The position numbers were made by a program, and so were the translations under genes. This document shows, in pieces, positions 13,320 through 28,707 of a DNA stretch of 64,000 nucleotides. The stretch comes from Octopus sinensis (taxonomy: Eukaryota). Position 1 is the first letter of the stretch. Each line of letters begins with the position of its first letter. The notes beneath the pieces are model-generated. The model saw nothing but the letters and a program-made list of their open reading frames with translations. It was not told the DNA's origin and did not search any database. The stretch is from NCBI RefSeq assembly GCF_006345805.1, contig NC_042999.1, forward strand, positions 48,360,001-48,424,000. Reading direction: 5' to 3'.

Positions 13320-15900
13320 CGGGTGACCTCTTAGGTGCTGTTTGCTGACCGTGTAAAACGGGGTAAGCTATGCTTTAACCACTTTTTCTAAGTAGTTCCT
13401 CGGATTGAGGTAGGAAGTTACTTTCGAAAATAGAGACGCCTGGACACACAACCTGAACCGGAGAAGCCTTTCGTCCTAAGGGGAAGACTTCAGTGACCAT
13501 CTTCCTCGAGCTGCCACCGGGCAAGCTTCAAGCTAGAGGCTTCTAGCAGCATCCATGATTGCTTCCGTCACCAGCTGCTCATAGCCGAGTAAAATGAGAT
13601 AAAAATAAAACAGACTTTCAGTTCCTTCCTTGCATGAAATTCTTAACTCACACCGACTTCATCGAAGGATTCTTCTGGTTGCCTTCGAGCTGAAACGCTA
13701 CGATGTGCACATAACGGGACTTTGCAAGACTCGCTTCTCAGAGGAAAGCTGTCTTACGGAAAAGGGAGAGGTATGCATATTCTCCAGGAATGATGTCTCT
13801 GATGGCATAGATAGAACTCATGGGGTGGCCTTAGTTGTACAAATAAGATGGCAGACCTTTTGTACCGATCATCGAATGATCAGATCTCACCTTCATATGA
13901 CTCCGATACCTGCTATCCGACAATCGTGCATTTTCCTTCGTTTTGACATTGCTGCCCTCGCCAACCCTAAGAAGGTCACTCAGCTCCAATGTGGAATACA
14001 GGGATAGTTCTCGCATATAACAAATCCCCCAGCTGCTGACCAAACCCAAGAGGAAATCAATGTCCCCTGATACTCATCCTTTGTTATTCTAGATAGTGCC
14101 AAGGCAACACTTGTGATAAGTACGTATTGCAATCCCGAATTCTTTGATTTGTCGTACAAGATTATGCAACATCTTCTGTCCGAGAATAAACGGTCTATGA
14201 TACTATTCTAGCCAACCCAAGCTCTACAACTCTGTGCCAGAAATGGAGGAATACACACGTCTCCGTACACCGTTTCATCAAAACTGCTGAAAATTATTGG
14301 TGGCATCCAAATGTGGAAGAAACCCAGATTTTTACAGTCGACAGCAAACCGTTTGTATTCTAAGTTTCGTTTAAGAGAATCGTCGGCCCACGCACAAAAC
14401 TACTGCTCCAATAAAAGCGTTTCAATGACACGATTTCACATAGGGACCGAACGTTTTCAAAATCTTCTCAATCGTATTAAACCTACCGATCCTACAACAC
14501 ATGAAGTGATTCCACCTCATCCTATCCTGAGAGAGCTTGGCAATCCACAACATTTCATGAGTTCCTACGGGTCATCAGCGGTTTCAAAAAGAACCCTCCC
14601 GGTGATGATGGGATCCCAGATAATATCTATAAGTTTGGCGGGCGTCAACTCGTATCCCACCTTAAATATTCGTTTCTTCTTCATTGGCAAGGAAAGACTA
14701 AACCTATTTGATGGATACGCTTCAATATTATCACTATCTAAAAGTGTGACAACATTTATTGATGTGTAAGAGCAGCAGCGGAATCTATCTTCTGTATGAC
14801 ATCGGCAAGATTGCTCATACTCTCTTCCGTTGTCTTGAAGTTCATGTTTGAACATGGTTATGCCTGAGTACCAATATGGATTTCGACCAGGAACAGACAC
14901 TGCTGACACGATATTTGTAGCCTGTATTCTCCTTGAAAAATGTTGTGAACAGCAGAGAGATATATGTTATTCATTCATCTATCTAAGAAAGGCATTTAAC
15001 ACGGTCAGCCGACCTCTGACGTGGCACCTTCCTCTCGATCGTCCAAACGTTTCATTGCAGTATGCAAGCAATAAAGGATAGTCGGTGGTTGAAACCTCAG
15101 AACAATTTGATGTCCAACTCGGGGTGACACAGGGAAGTGTTGCTGACCCTCTGATGTTTAACGTTTACGTGCTGGCTGTAACTCTTCTCTCTAAAAGACG
15201 GTTTACCGGAGAAAAAAGGAATTCGTATCAGGTATCTCTATGATGGCAGCATCTTTAACACTAACAACCTGTGATCCACTTCATAATACGGTGTATGAGA
15301 TTCAGTACACTAACGGTTCTGCTGCACCTCCTCAAGCACCAATTCTCTTCAACACATGAGAGACTAAATGAGCAGTACCAGTTCTCCGTTCGGCTTTCAA
15401 ATAAATCATGAAAAGCTGAAGTTCTCCAAGCAGCTTACACATATTCACCTACCTATCCAGCCTCTATACAGTTGAATCTTGCAAACTTCATCATCTTTTC
15501 CGCTGTGTTGGCCATGTATTACTGATGCCGGTTAACCGGGTCAAAAAGATGCTCTGTTTCAGAGATATCTAGAATGAAAGCAGACTACAGGTACATTCAA
15601 AATTGCATTTTCATGATCATCTCCAGCAACCTCATATTTTCTGCGATGTATCTTCCAATCGGTTAGAGGCCCTGACTGTTAATCGGAAGGAATGACAGTT
15701 AATCTGTGATGCTGAAGTCGAACACTTGAAACCGAACACAGGAGACTACATAAAGAGAGGAGAAGCCGTCATCCACAACCTGTGGCAGCTGTTTGGGGTC
15801 ACTTTCTTTACCCTCTGTGTCACAATAGTTTTCTATCTCATATTGGCCTTTTCAGGAAGAATGTCCTTGATCGACATTACATCTTATGGGCCATCGTAAG
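13320..15900 (+). mobile_element. Decayed RTE-clade LINE (APE endonuclease and reverse transcriptase remnants)
   Basis: RRILLVAFELKRYDVHITGLCKTRFSEESCLTE...HGVALVV is an RTE APE N-terminus. MPEYQYGFRPGTDTADTIF...LLEKCCEQQR...FIYLRKAFNTVSR and GVTQGSVADPLMFNVY are RT motifs. Many stops and frameshifts; right boundary approximate. Confidence 0.88.
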
Positions 15901-17009
15901 CAACTAAATCAGTGAAATTTTTTTTAAACGCCATTAATTTTTTTAAATCGCTTATAGTATACAAATAATTTAACCAAAGTGAAATCTGTGAAATTTTCTC
16001 TGTAGTTAAACTAGAGGATACCTTACAGCTTCAACAGTGAATGAATCCTTAAATTTTGCATCCCTTCAATCTCAGGACGGATCGCTTATATTCTACCCCT
16101 AAGCTTCAAAAATATTGCTGTTAAATCATGCAAAATGATATCTCAATATATGGTTATTAAATGCGAATCTGATTCCGTGCATATATTTTTCTATAACACC
16201 TATGTTTTTACATTTATTATCAATGCCCGATTACCTATATAAACGAGTTCCGTCACCTGAAGTAATTATATTTTACATGATTATTTCCATATTTTTTTAA
16301 ACTTTTGACGTCTTCGAAACGGTAAGAATGTGATGCAAGTTGAATTTTAAGAAAGATAAATCGCGTCGCCTGGAATTTCAATCTCAGCTGCCAAAATCCG
16401 TCAGTATCTCCATGTTTTCTGTGTTCACAGCAATAGTAATTGTATATGAAATATGTAGATGTGCATCCGAGTGTTATTCATCACTGCTAGAACTACCGTA
16501 ACATTAATTAATATACTATTAATTTTCTTCGCCCTTGCCACTACATATGAAATATGATTGTGATGGGAAGCGAGTCTGTTTTAGAAAATTCTGTAACTAC
16601 GAATGCATTATCATACGTGTCAACATTAAGACTGCAATCTTCCCATTTTAAGATGATAATATGTGAACCCACAACATGGGTATCTCCTGTGTATCTCGCA
16701 ATATACGTAGGAATATATATATTCTTACTTTAATTTTTTTGTCTCTGGAAGAAGGTCCATAAGGGGGTTATAATTTCCTTTCATATATCTAGGACTGCAT
16801 TGTGCGATATGAGAGAGACGGGGTTGCTAATTTTGGAATACTAAACGATGACAAAAATGTCTTCTGTCACTGTAACAGCTAAAATACCGATATCACATGT
16901 TTCCTATTATGCTTCATTTTCTGTCGATGTTCCTTTTTTGTTTTGTTTTGATTTGCATCATTAGCAAATAAAATTACTATATAATATATACTCTTTACTC
17001 ATCATCTTA

Positions 17010-17261
17010 TATTTGTTTCAGTCATTTGACTGTGGCCATGCTGGAGCACCGCCTTTAGTAGAGCATATCGACCACAAGACTTATTCTTTGTAAGCCTAGT
17101 ACTTTTTCTATCGGTCTGTCTTGCCGAACCGCTAAGTTACGGGGACACCAGCATCGGTTGTGAAGTAATGTTGGGGGGGGGGAACACACACACACACAAG
17201 CATACACACACACACACACATATATATATATAGTAGAAATATGTTACGAAAAGAAAATATA

Positions 17262-17306
<45 letters not shown>

Positions 17307-17492
17307 CATACATACATACATATATGTGCGACGGGCATCTTTCAGTTTCTGTCTACCAAATCCACTTACAAGGCTTTGGTCGGCTCGAGGCTATAGTAGA
17401 AGACACTTGCCCAAGGTGCCACACAGTGGGACTGAATGCGGAACCATGTGGTTGGTAAGCAAGCTACTTACCACACAACCACTCCTATGCCT
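17010..17492 (-). mobile_element. SINE family 2, full length with internal (CA)/(TA) microsatellite
   Basis: Minus-strand head aggagtggttgtgtggtaag...ggttccgcattcagtccc followed by the CORE-like ccttgggcaagt. Confidence 0.9.
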
Positions 17493-18721
17493 ATTATATA
17501 TATTTATATAAACATATTAATATATATGTTACATTAATGATTACGTAAAATTACGGAAATATTTTCTTCGGGGTGAATGTCCAGAGAATACTAGCAGAGT
17601 AAATTGAAAATAAATATAACAAACTGTTCAGAAATGCGTGAAGTGTCTTTATGTGGAGCAGTTCAATGACTGACTATGTATTCTGTAGTCTTAACAACTA
17701 ATGCATTTCTATTTTTGATTTTTTAACATATGTTAGCACTGTCTGAAGCATCTAATCTTCTATGCGAGGTATTTAGTGATATCATTTAATAATTCAAGGA
17801 ACGCAAATACGCAATTAATAAAAATATTATGAAAATTACCTCAACTGAAAAATGAATGGTCGCAACATACTTAGGCTCTTGACATATAATGTGGCGTGTA
17901 TCGTTTCTAAGAGCAAGAGTAAACTATTCACGTGGTATTTTATTTGTTATTCTAGCTATTTTCAGACCACTCCCAAAATGCAGAATATTTGTTTGTACAT
18001 TCTTGATAGAAAAAGGATTATTTTAATGTGTTTATACATTCTTAATAGAAAAAGGATTATTTTTATCAACAAAGCGCTGAACTAAGGCCCTTCTACGATG
18101 TATGAGAGTAATTCGTCGAAATATACAAGTTCCTGTTATCTTTCATTCTAAGAGCACATAATCTGGTAGAATTAGTCACGAGGAAAAGAAGATGAGACAT
18201 GTATAATTGAATGTTCGAGGACAGCGCTGCAAAATATTAGCTAACTCCCCCAGATGGCTTAGTCCGTCACCATTTCAATTTTACTAGGGGAAAATTATTA
18301 ATTTTTAATATAAAACTGTGCGAAAATATATCTTGCTTGCATTGTTCGGAGAATGACCTTGATTAATGTCTTGATTAAAATTTATTTAGATTCGATTAAT
18401 CACAGCAATGTAAGGAAACTTTTGCGATCTGAACCAACGAAAACAAGGTCATTGATCCATATAATCTATAAGTTGATCTACGTCCATACTTTGTTTGTTT
18501 GAACCAGATCAAAGGACATTCTTTTAGTCTTTTCTTGAAAAGCTACCCTCCTATTGATATACATGATATGTAGAAGATTTTCAGGGGAATCAGTACAAAC
18601 GTTTTCAAGCTTTGATTGTAGCCAACCAGATAAGGAAAGTTTTTAAAAATAAATATCCTTCTTTGGTCCTCTACATTTAGTTTGTGCTTCAATCATGCCC
18701 GCAAACGGAAATGAAATTGAC

Positions 18722-19800
<1,079 letters not shown>

Positions 19801-22264
19801 AAATCGTAGGACATCAAGCCAAAATCTATTTTAAATTATGTGGGAAATGCTTCTGTTTATAATTTCATCAAGGATAACTATGCTGCTCCTTAAAAATAAA
19901 ATTGCATCTGACACACAAATCTGTCCAGTTTAAGAAATGTAACAATCATATTTGGATTTATCTCAACCAAGACTGTAAGAATGAAGTACTTGAATTATGG
20001 TGACTCTAAAAAACATTTTAACCGTTGTTTCCCTCAGTAATCAAAAATAACTAGGAAAGCGAAAGGGATTTTATCAGAGATTCTGTGTAACATTTACACG
20101 TACGTTTTTTTTAAAAAACCTTCCAAACGCCTTGTTTATGCTTCACTAAAACACATATTTATAGCTATTGCATAACAAATATTTGCTGTGGCCAGTACAT
20201 AAAACTGCTCATTTAGATGACTGCTTCGATTTCTAACAGTGTACATATAATTATTTGCTAAAAGTAAGAAACCAATATATTTCATAAAGTTCTAAGTCAG
20301 TGATTATACTGGCAAACGTTTATATCACTCGCAAAAGGGTATGCTTTGTATTTAATGCAGCATGAACTTCTGGCAAGCCATTTAGCAAGAATGGTGAAAC
20401 TTAGTCGATTGAAATCAATATCTGTGAAGTATGAAAGACAATATTTGTGAAGTGATGGCCAAAGAAAGTTTAGCATTTAGATTGCTACTTGAAACATTAG
20501 TCACATAAATATATATAATTTATGAGTTGAACATCTGGTATGATACAGTTAATGATGATGATGTAGTATTTTTAAATGAATACAATTCATAAACCTCCTC
20601 TAAAAACACTTCTATAGAAAATAAAAGAAAAGAAAATATATACACAAATAATAGGATTATCCAAATTTTGTTCTCTGCAATTCTCAAACTCAATAATATT
20701 TTCGTATATTTGATTGTTTATTTGGTATGTATGTTTTCCTCCAAATTGTAAAATGCTCGTGTTTTGACAGTACACTAGTAGTTGTAATTTATAAAATCAA
20801 TACCATATAAAGCAAATATGTTCTCATATATACGATTGGTTGTGTATTGTAGCAAAATCTGAAAATTTGCATTTTTTTAGTTAGTTAAATTATCATAGAA
20901 AAATATGCCATAGGTTATTTATTATGAGTAAAAGAAAAATTATTCATCTACGATTGATATGCGGAGCTTTGAGCTGAATTCTGTACAAAGAGATAAATAC
21001 TTTTGAGTAAAACAAAATATTGCTGCTATTTTCTCGGTTACAGTAAGTTGCAAACAGATAACCTACCAAAGTTTAGTTGATAATTTAGCCTGTCTTCTTG
21101 CAAATTACAAATCAGAAATGTTGAAAAAATATTGTTATTAATATTTAATAAAATTAAACAGATTAAATATTTTAGCCTCTAAGTCTAGTGGTATCAAGGC
21201 AATCATATCTAGTTTTCCGGTTTCTCTCATTTGATTGACCCTCATACACAAATGATATTACACAATTATGATTTCTCTCCTGTTCGAATATGGTGCCTTG
21301 TACCCAAATAAAATCAATATCCGACCAGAAATTACGTAAAATAAATCAATATGTGCTTATAAAATAAATCACTATTTTATCACAGTCGACCTAAAAATCA
21401 ATATCTTATACCTGTTTATAAAATAAAATAATCAATATTTAGTCATTGACTGGAAAGAGCTGCAGCACAATCAGTATGCTCGATCTTGAGACCATGTATG
21501 GGTTTCAAATCAGAAAGAAGCTACTCCATTTAATTTGAACAGTTGATGCAAAGTAAAATGTGAAGATAGGCACATTGCCACAAGGCTATGAAAATGTAAA
21601 TATTAGAAAAAGAAAGCAGTATTTTCAGAAAATATTTAAAAGTTTATAATAAAAATTATCATTATTAGTTATCATGTATGAAGTAATTTGCTTGGCGGTT
21701 AATGAGCCAAATATGTTATTGAAATTGTGATAGGTTAATTTGAATATTTACTTTAACGGTGCTTTACTATGAGCTCCCAAGTACAGAGTAGCGCTTTCAC
21801 CTTTCATCGCTACTTGCGTCTCTTTGAAGTTATTTACAAAATGGATGCTGAAATTTATTTAAAAGCATTACCTTTAAATTACATTCGTGATCAATATAGA
21901 TATTTTTTGTAAAACAGGAGGTGTATATTATCCAGCTAATGGTATGAGGTTGCAAGAACGTCAGAGAGGTGGAGTAAATGCTTTGTAGCATTCGGTTGTT
22001 TTTTGTTATTGAAATTTATACCTGGTTATCCGTAGTCTCTTCTTTGGAGTATTTCAATAAAAGGACGAAATTATTCACCATTTCAAAAGTGTTACTGATA
22101 ATTCCATCTGACCAGCGGGGCGCCTTATTCTGCGCGAGTTGATTTACATTCTAAGTTCCACTCCAGAACTCAGTCGATTTTTTACTTTCAATTCCTTTCC
22201 AAAAACGTATTGCACAAATGAAACAACGAATGACGTACTGATATAGATTCAGATACTATAGTCC

Positions 22265-22884
22265 TGTTCTACTCTAGGCACAAGGTCCGAAATTTTGAGG
22301 GAGTGGTCCAGGCGATCAGATCGAACCCAGTATGCAACTGGTACTTAATTTATCAAACCCGAAAGGATGAAAGGAATAGTCGACCTCGTCGGAATTTAAA
22401 CTCAGAACGTAAAGGCAGACGAAATACTGCTAAGTACTTCCCCCGGGGTGCTAACGTTTGTTATTCCTTTATTGCCCACAAGGGGCTAAATATAGAGGTG
22501 ACAAACAATGACAGAAAAAGCAATTAAGCCAATTAGATCGACCCCAGTGCGTAACTGGTACTTAATTTATCGACCCCGAAAGGATGAAAGGAAAAGTCGA
22601 CCTCAGCGGAATTTGAAGTCAGAACGTAAAGACAGACGAAATACCTATTTCCTTACTACCCACAAGGGGCTAAACACAGAGAGGACAAACAATGACAGAT
22701 GAACGGATTAAATCGATTATATCGACCCCAGTGCGTAACTGGTACTTATTTAATCGACCCTGAAAGGATGAATGGCAAAGTCGACCTTGGCGGAATTTGA
22801 ACTCAGAACGTAACGGCAGACGAAAGACGAAATACCGTTAAGTATTTCGCACGGCGTGCTAACGTTTCTGCTAGATCGCTGATT
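22265..22884 (-). mobile_element. SINE family 3 with the central domain triplicated, 17-bp TSD
   Basis: Three tandem units of gaccccagtgcgtaactggtactta...gaaaggatgaa...gtcgacct...ggaattt. Flanks ttcagatactatagtcc (22248-22264) and ttcaggtactatattcc (22885-22901). Confidence 0.88.
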
Positions 22885-25685
22885 TTCAGGTACTATATTC
22901 CAAAATACAAAATTTATATCATACTTCAATTGTGTACTTCGTGTACTGCAACGTCATGGGTGAATGGGTTATCTGGCTTGCATTTGATACACCGGTATAA
23001 TATGAAACATTAAGCTTTGGAATCCACAGAAGTTTGGTGTCTTTTATTTCAGCTGAACCTCTGGGTTTAGCAGTTCTAGAAATGAAGGACAAACAGGAAA
23101 TATGATGAAACTAGTACATTTAGAAAGATTTAGTTTTCACCTTCAGGCACATAATTAAATGTGCTGTGGTATATAACAAAATATATAGAAATTCTCAAGT
23201 CGAACAACTAGAACCAGATGTCACATTATTTTATATTTTAAAATATTAAAGGATTTATCTCTGTTCCAAATTTTAAAAAACATAAATTTGTATTATCACT
23301 ATGGGCTTTTTTAACTTCGTTCAGCTTTTAGCGTTGACCACCTTAAATTCGGGTCTGATAAAATAATTAAACAGACGCGTATCGCATGCGAATTCTTTAG
23401 CTGTAGAATTTTGTTAGCCAGAAATGGCAAACGTACACAGCATAAAGTCGTATACTAGACCGACTTTTCGACCTTGTCACAACGAGTGATAACAATGAGG
23501 ACAGGGAAAGCGAGAGAACAATAAAAGCATCAACCGCAAGTAGCAACCACTGAAGGGCGGAAGATAATTCACAGCCCCAAACGCAAATTTGATTTCGTTG
23601 AAAATTGAGAGCTCTGTGGCTACTGCACGGTCTTGAGGAAATTGCAATGGCCGCGGTATTCGCAATACCTACTTTGCTGGTAAAAATGATGTCATTAATG
23701 CTTGTCTTAAGCCCCTGCAAATCACCACCCGAGGAGAGTCAGGAGCAGGAAAATAATTTTGAAAGACCGATGTTCTGAGACATAAAGACTGGGAACAGCT
23801 TCTAATAGGGAATATAAGAATCTGGATACAACAATGATAAGAAGAAAAGGGAAACGAATGGATTTGATATAACTGAGTTGAGTAACATCACTTCCACATG
23901 CATTGGGTGGGATAGTGGAAAGCTATAGGTACCTTACAGAGTGTACTAAAAGGAGAGACGGAGAGATACGTCTGGTATCTCTGGATACCAGAAGTTGGAG
24001 TAAATGCTGTTTTTGTTTCCTCAGAGTTTTTTTCAGTTTCACTATTCTTTGTTACATATGCTTTCGTTCCTACACTGGGCATTGAGTGGCTTGTGCTCCC
24101 AAATATACTTCTATCTCTGAAAGATATATATAACAAAAAAATTGATGTTAAATATTTATTCAAAAAGGGGGAAATAAAGAACAAATATGAAGAATCATAT
24201 AATAATTAAATTCTTAATTGGTAGTATGTTATAATTAATTTTTGGAATGGATTTTGAGACGCTATTTTTAGTTTACTGTTACATAGGATGGCAGGTTCCA
24301 ACGAAAAGTTTCCCAAGCAAACAAAATGTGGCGTTCACTTACGGCATTTTATCTTCCATTACCCTATCACTGGAATGTTAATTCTGTCTTTCATAATTTT
24401 TTGTTAAATAGGAGTAACAATCAAGCGCTTGAGCTAATTCAGTCGGTTAAACCTTTCCCCCAAACTTGTATCGCGCCTAAGCTGTAATGACGTTTTGGGA
24501 TCATACTTATATAACATGGGCCTTCTAAAAAGCAGCAACTAAATCTTACGACACACCACCTGACATTGATACCTCAACATTTCAGAACTTTCAGCATGTG
24601 TGTGTGTTCGAGCGCGTGTACGTTCGTGTGTGTGTGTGTCTATGTACAAAGAAATTATGATAAAATAGTTTGAGCGTTTCTTTAATTAATATGTGGAGCC
24701 TATATAGTTTTACATGAGAACAAACATTGAATATATTTGTTGCATGTGTATTCCTGTTTTTAACATTTAAGAAAGATCAAATGATAACATTTTTTTTTTT
24801 GGTTTCATTTAAACTCGAGATGCATCGAAGCTCATATTTTATAGTAAAAGTTATGCGGGTGTTTTAGCATTTTTGGTCGAGTGATCAATATCTCTTATAT
24901 GGTACTTATTTCCCTGTTCACATTAAATAAAATTTAAAATGTTATCTCACTACAAACTAAACTGATTGCGATATTTATTATCATATATTGTATCATATCT
25001 GATCGTGTTCCTATTATTTCCCAATAAATGGATAGCACTATCTTACTCTAAATATTCCTCTGGATTTCCATTGAAATTTAATGTTTGTCAAAAATGCTAT
25101 TGTCTATAGTTTGTTCAATTGTTTTTCCCTCATAACATGATTGAGGAATTGAAGAATTTCAAATACGTCATTTAAAAAAAAAACAGTTATCTACACGACA
25201 TTCTCATGAAGCTAATTATAATCTCACCTATTATTAGAAATTCTGTAGTGTGAACGTTCATTGGCAAAGGTAGGCCTATGATCAATATCGCTTTATAAAA
25301 GGGTTAGACAGCCATGTGTATGAAAGTGTTTGTGTAATGTTTTCAGGAAATACTGAAATCAACAGAGAATAGGAGAAAACAAATAAAGAAGCAATAATAA
25401 ATGTTCTATAAAATCGTCCAAGGCAATCATATTTCCCAATGAATGTTTAGAGAAAATGGTACAAAGGAAAATGTGTAGCTGTTATATTTGTCCTTCGCAA
25501 TGCAAACGTGACTGAGCATTCAGCTGCCAAAATGAAGTCTTACAATGAATATCACGTTGTGTTATCTATAAGTATCTTATGGATTCATTGTGGGTAGTTT
25601 ATGATTTAAGAGTAAATCAAAGTAAACCTTATTTTCCGGTTCGAAATATGCAATATGAACAATGATGTAATAAACTGTAACGATA

Positions 25686-25894
25686 CGAGGGGGCGCTGAA
25701 ATATTCCCTGCTTTAAGGGTACCGTGAAAGGCTTTAATAGGGTCTCAAACTTCGTTCTGTTACAGAACTTATAAAAACTGAAGAACCGCTACGATAAATA
25801 TGTGAACATATTCCCATGCTGAATAAAATCATAATTAACTGATACCTCTTTAATTTCTTTTACCCAGAGTCAAGCATTTTTCAGCACACCCTCG
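25686..25894. mobile_element. Mariner-derived MITE with TA target duplication
   Basis: TA then cgagggggcgctgaaa at the left end; tttcagcacaccctcg then TA at the right end. Confidence 0.8.
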
Positions 25895-26074
25895 TAATAT
25901 AAACCTATATTTTAAGAAGTTCTATTAGTCTCAATTCTTTTAACATCAAATATTTAAAAAATCCCCCGGACAAATGAGAAAATAAAACGTACTTCTATTA
26001 TATCATTGATTCAAACGATAAATGACCGTATGATACTCCCTTGTGCTTAAGGAACATATAACTAGCCTCACTGA

Positions 26075-26295
26075 GGGCGACCGTCAGACTGTATCGTTTC
26101 ACGCCGGGTAAAATGCTTAGCGGCATTTCATTTATCTTTACGTTATGAGTACAATCTCCACCAAGGTCGACGTTACCTTTCATCATTTCGAAATCAATTA
26201 AATATATAGCAGCTGAGAATTGGGATCAATATAACCGACCAACCAACCCCTTCCACCGAAAATCCTGTCGTTGTGCCAAATTTAGAAGCCATTAT
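26075..26295 (+). mobile_element. Degraded SINE family 3 copy
   Basis: atgcttagcggcatttc...ccaaggtcgacgttacctttcatcatttcg. Further degraded copies near 28375-28490 (+), 36945-37060 (-) and 43965-44110 (+). Confidence 0.65.
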
Positions 26296-26399
26296 TAGGG
26301 CTGTTGTATTTACTGGTAAACATCAATTGAAGAGCTGCATTAAAAGCATATGGGGCTTATTCCTGAGGTTTTCACTGCACAAAAGTCCGCTAAAGAAAT

Positions 26400-27040
26400 C
26401 GGGTAAGTGTATCAAAAAAAAGGAAGTCAGTATTTCATCCGTTCTTCACTGAGAATATAGCAGTTTGTTCACCGATTTGCAAATCAAAATGATTAAGCAA
26501 CTTCGTTTGATTAAATTGAGGCAGATAATGACAAATGGAAAGTCGATGCAAATAATAAATATAGACTAGTCATCGATAAATGAAAATCCAGAGCCAACAC
26601 CCAAACGAAATCTTCACAAGAATACGTTTTTGTTATACTCTTGATGGGATGTAATGGGTATCGTTGTATTCGAATTATTGGAACAAGTGCAAGGAATCAC
26701 CGCCGAACTTTATTGTTAACAATAAAGTTCTATGCTGAAACAAGATTTGATTGTGTTAATCAAGTATTGTTATAACAGAAAGACACCAACGTAAATCAAC
26801 ACAAGAGGGTTATACTAAAGTTTAATAATATCTGCCAATCCTCAGAGTAAAGAGAAACTAATTAAACTGAAACGCCCTACCGCACAGTTCCTCAATAGAC
26901 AGAGCACCATAAGATTTTCATGTATTCGGGTCACGAAATATATTCAGTGGCAGGGAGGATGTGGAAACGGCATTCCAACCGATTTTCTCTTCTAAATAAC
27001 TCAGTCTTTAACCTCGGAATACGGAACTGGTTTCGAGTTA
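26400..27040 (+). pseudogene. Highly decayed mariner transposase (catalytic region)
   Basis: Fragments ENPEPTPKRNLHK and VLLYS*WDVMGIVVFELLEQVQGITAELYC*Q match the mariner KKVMLxVWWDxxGxxxxELL...TITAxxYCxQL block. Confidence 0.78.
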
Positions 27041-28219
27041 AATAATTGTTACTATTAAATGACTGTAATTATATTTTGAATGGATAAATATTATAACGAT
27101 ATGAAATAATGATTTGATTTATGTTTATTTGAATTCATTATATGAACTGCGACATTACTTTTGGGCACTCTTAATATACCGAATCTGTAGGATGAGGTGA
27201 CGAATGATATAAAAAGGTTAGAAAAAATGCCTTTGATGCTCAGAATATAAGATGCCTTCGAGGAGAAATCTTCATCTAAGTTATAGAAATATTTAAGATA
27301 TTTACTGATATTTATTGATATCTTTGGAAATGATTACCAGCAGTTTGAGATAGTGAAAAGTATATATGATATGTAAGATGTTGCTCAGGCGAAGCAAATG
27401 TTAGTCTATTGCTTAAGAGCATCGAGAGAGAAATCAATGAATGTGGACACTCGAATATTTGAAATAAAATGTAGGGGAGGAATACATGATTAACATATGG
27501 TAAAGACACCGTATATTTATGAAAGAGAAATAGAGAAAGAGAAAGAGACTATGAGATGGTCACGTGTATGAAACCAGAAGTGGTTGTAGAAAGAAAATTA
27601 GTTTCTACTGCTGTTGCATTACACTAAGAAATGTACACTTGGTGTTAGATAGAAAAACATACTAGCTACCGTTAATAGTGCATCAAACTGCTAGAATATT
27701 AAGGAAGTAAACGTTATATATTTCGGAGGGGAATAATTAGGTGAAGAGATTTATGTGAAAGTTGTTAGTGACTAGAGATAGAGTTTATGAATACAGACTA
27801 ACACCTAGAAGTGTAGTTGTCAAATTAATATCAGGTTGAAAAAAGATGGTTATAATTCAACAGAAAGAGTAAAGCTCAACCGTTAATACGAGTTGCTTGG
27901 TAAATACATATAATAAAATTGAGTTATTCATCCATATACGCTTGTAAAAGTTGAAATACAATGTTAGGTAATTTCACTAAACTCTAAGTGGTAAATGACA
28001 AGGAAGGCAAAATGTAAACTTGAGTTCAAGATTTATTGAAGTATACATTTTTGATATGTACTAGACTACTCCCGTTGGGTCACCTAGAAAAACTGAGCTT
28101 CCAAGCAACGGAGTTTTGTTTCGTGGGTTTGTTCTACGTTTCCAGGTTATTTCGCATGCCTTTAACGAATGTGACATCGAAATCACGCGTAAACAGCTCC
28201 TTTCCCCAGAAAAGGGAAT

Positions 28220-28330
28220 ATTTGGCTGCTATTTCTTGCATGCCTTGCTACCACGTAGCAGATATTTGGGGTCCTTTATCGCAAATAGCTGATACGTGGT
28301 AGCAAGGCCTGCTAGAAATAGAAGCCAAAT
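28220..28330. repeat. 111-nt hairpin with ~49-bp arms and a 13-nt loop
   Basis: atttggctgctatttcttgcatgccttgctaccacgtagcagatatttg pairs with caaatagctgatacgtggtagcaaggcctgctagaaatagaagccaaat, with about 5 mismatches. Confidence 0.9.
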
Positions 28331-28609
28331 CTTGTACTGGAAAACTATTTGTAATGGTATTCCCACTTGCCTATTATCCTTTCGAGGTCAATAAATTAAG
28401 TACTAGTTGCGTACTGGGGTCAATCTAATCGACTGCCCCGCATCTCAAAACTGTTCAGGCTTTGCGCCTAGAGTAGAAATGATTATTAAGATGAAAGGAG
28501 GTTATACAATGAATCGATCCTTAGGATGACGTTTACTGTCCATAAATAGTGAAGTAATTATAAAAACCTCATGGATTACAAAGTTTTCCGGTTTAGACGT
28601 GCTTCATAT

Positions 28610-28707
28610 TATAATAAAGTATGGAGGCTTCTACTTATATATATATCCAACGACTTCATATAATAAAGTATGGCGGATTCTACTTATATATATATATCCA
28701 ACGACTC
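28610..28707 (+). repeat. Two-copy ~48-bp tandem repeat
   Basis: ataataaagtatgg.gg.ttctacttatatatatatccaacgact occurs twice. Confidence 0.9.

Noticed and set aside
23733-23756. Peptide GESGAGK, identical to the myosin P-loop
   Set aside because: Immediately followed by a stop, with no myosin-like flanking residues or splice sites; most likely chance. The surrounding 23400-24010 region may be an unidentified decayed element.
27150-28020. Purine-rich stretch suggestive of an old LINE ORF
   Set aside because: I could not recover diagnostic motifs by eye, so it is left uncalled pending BLASTX.
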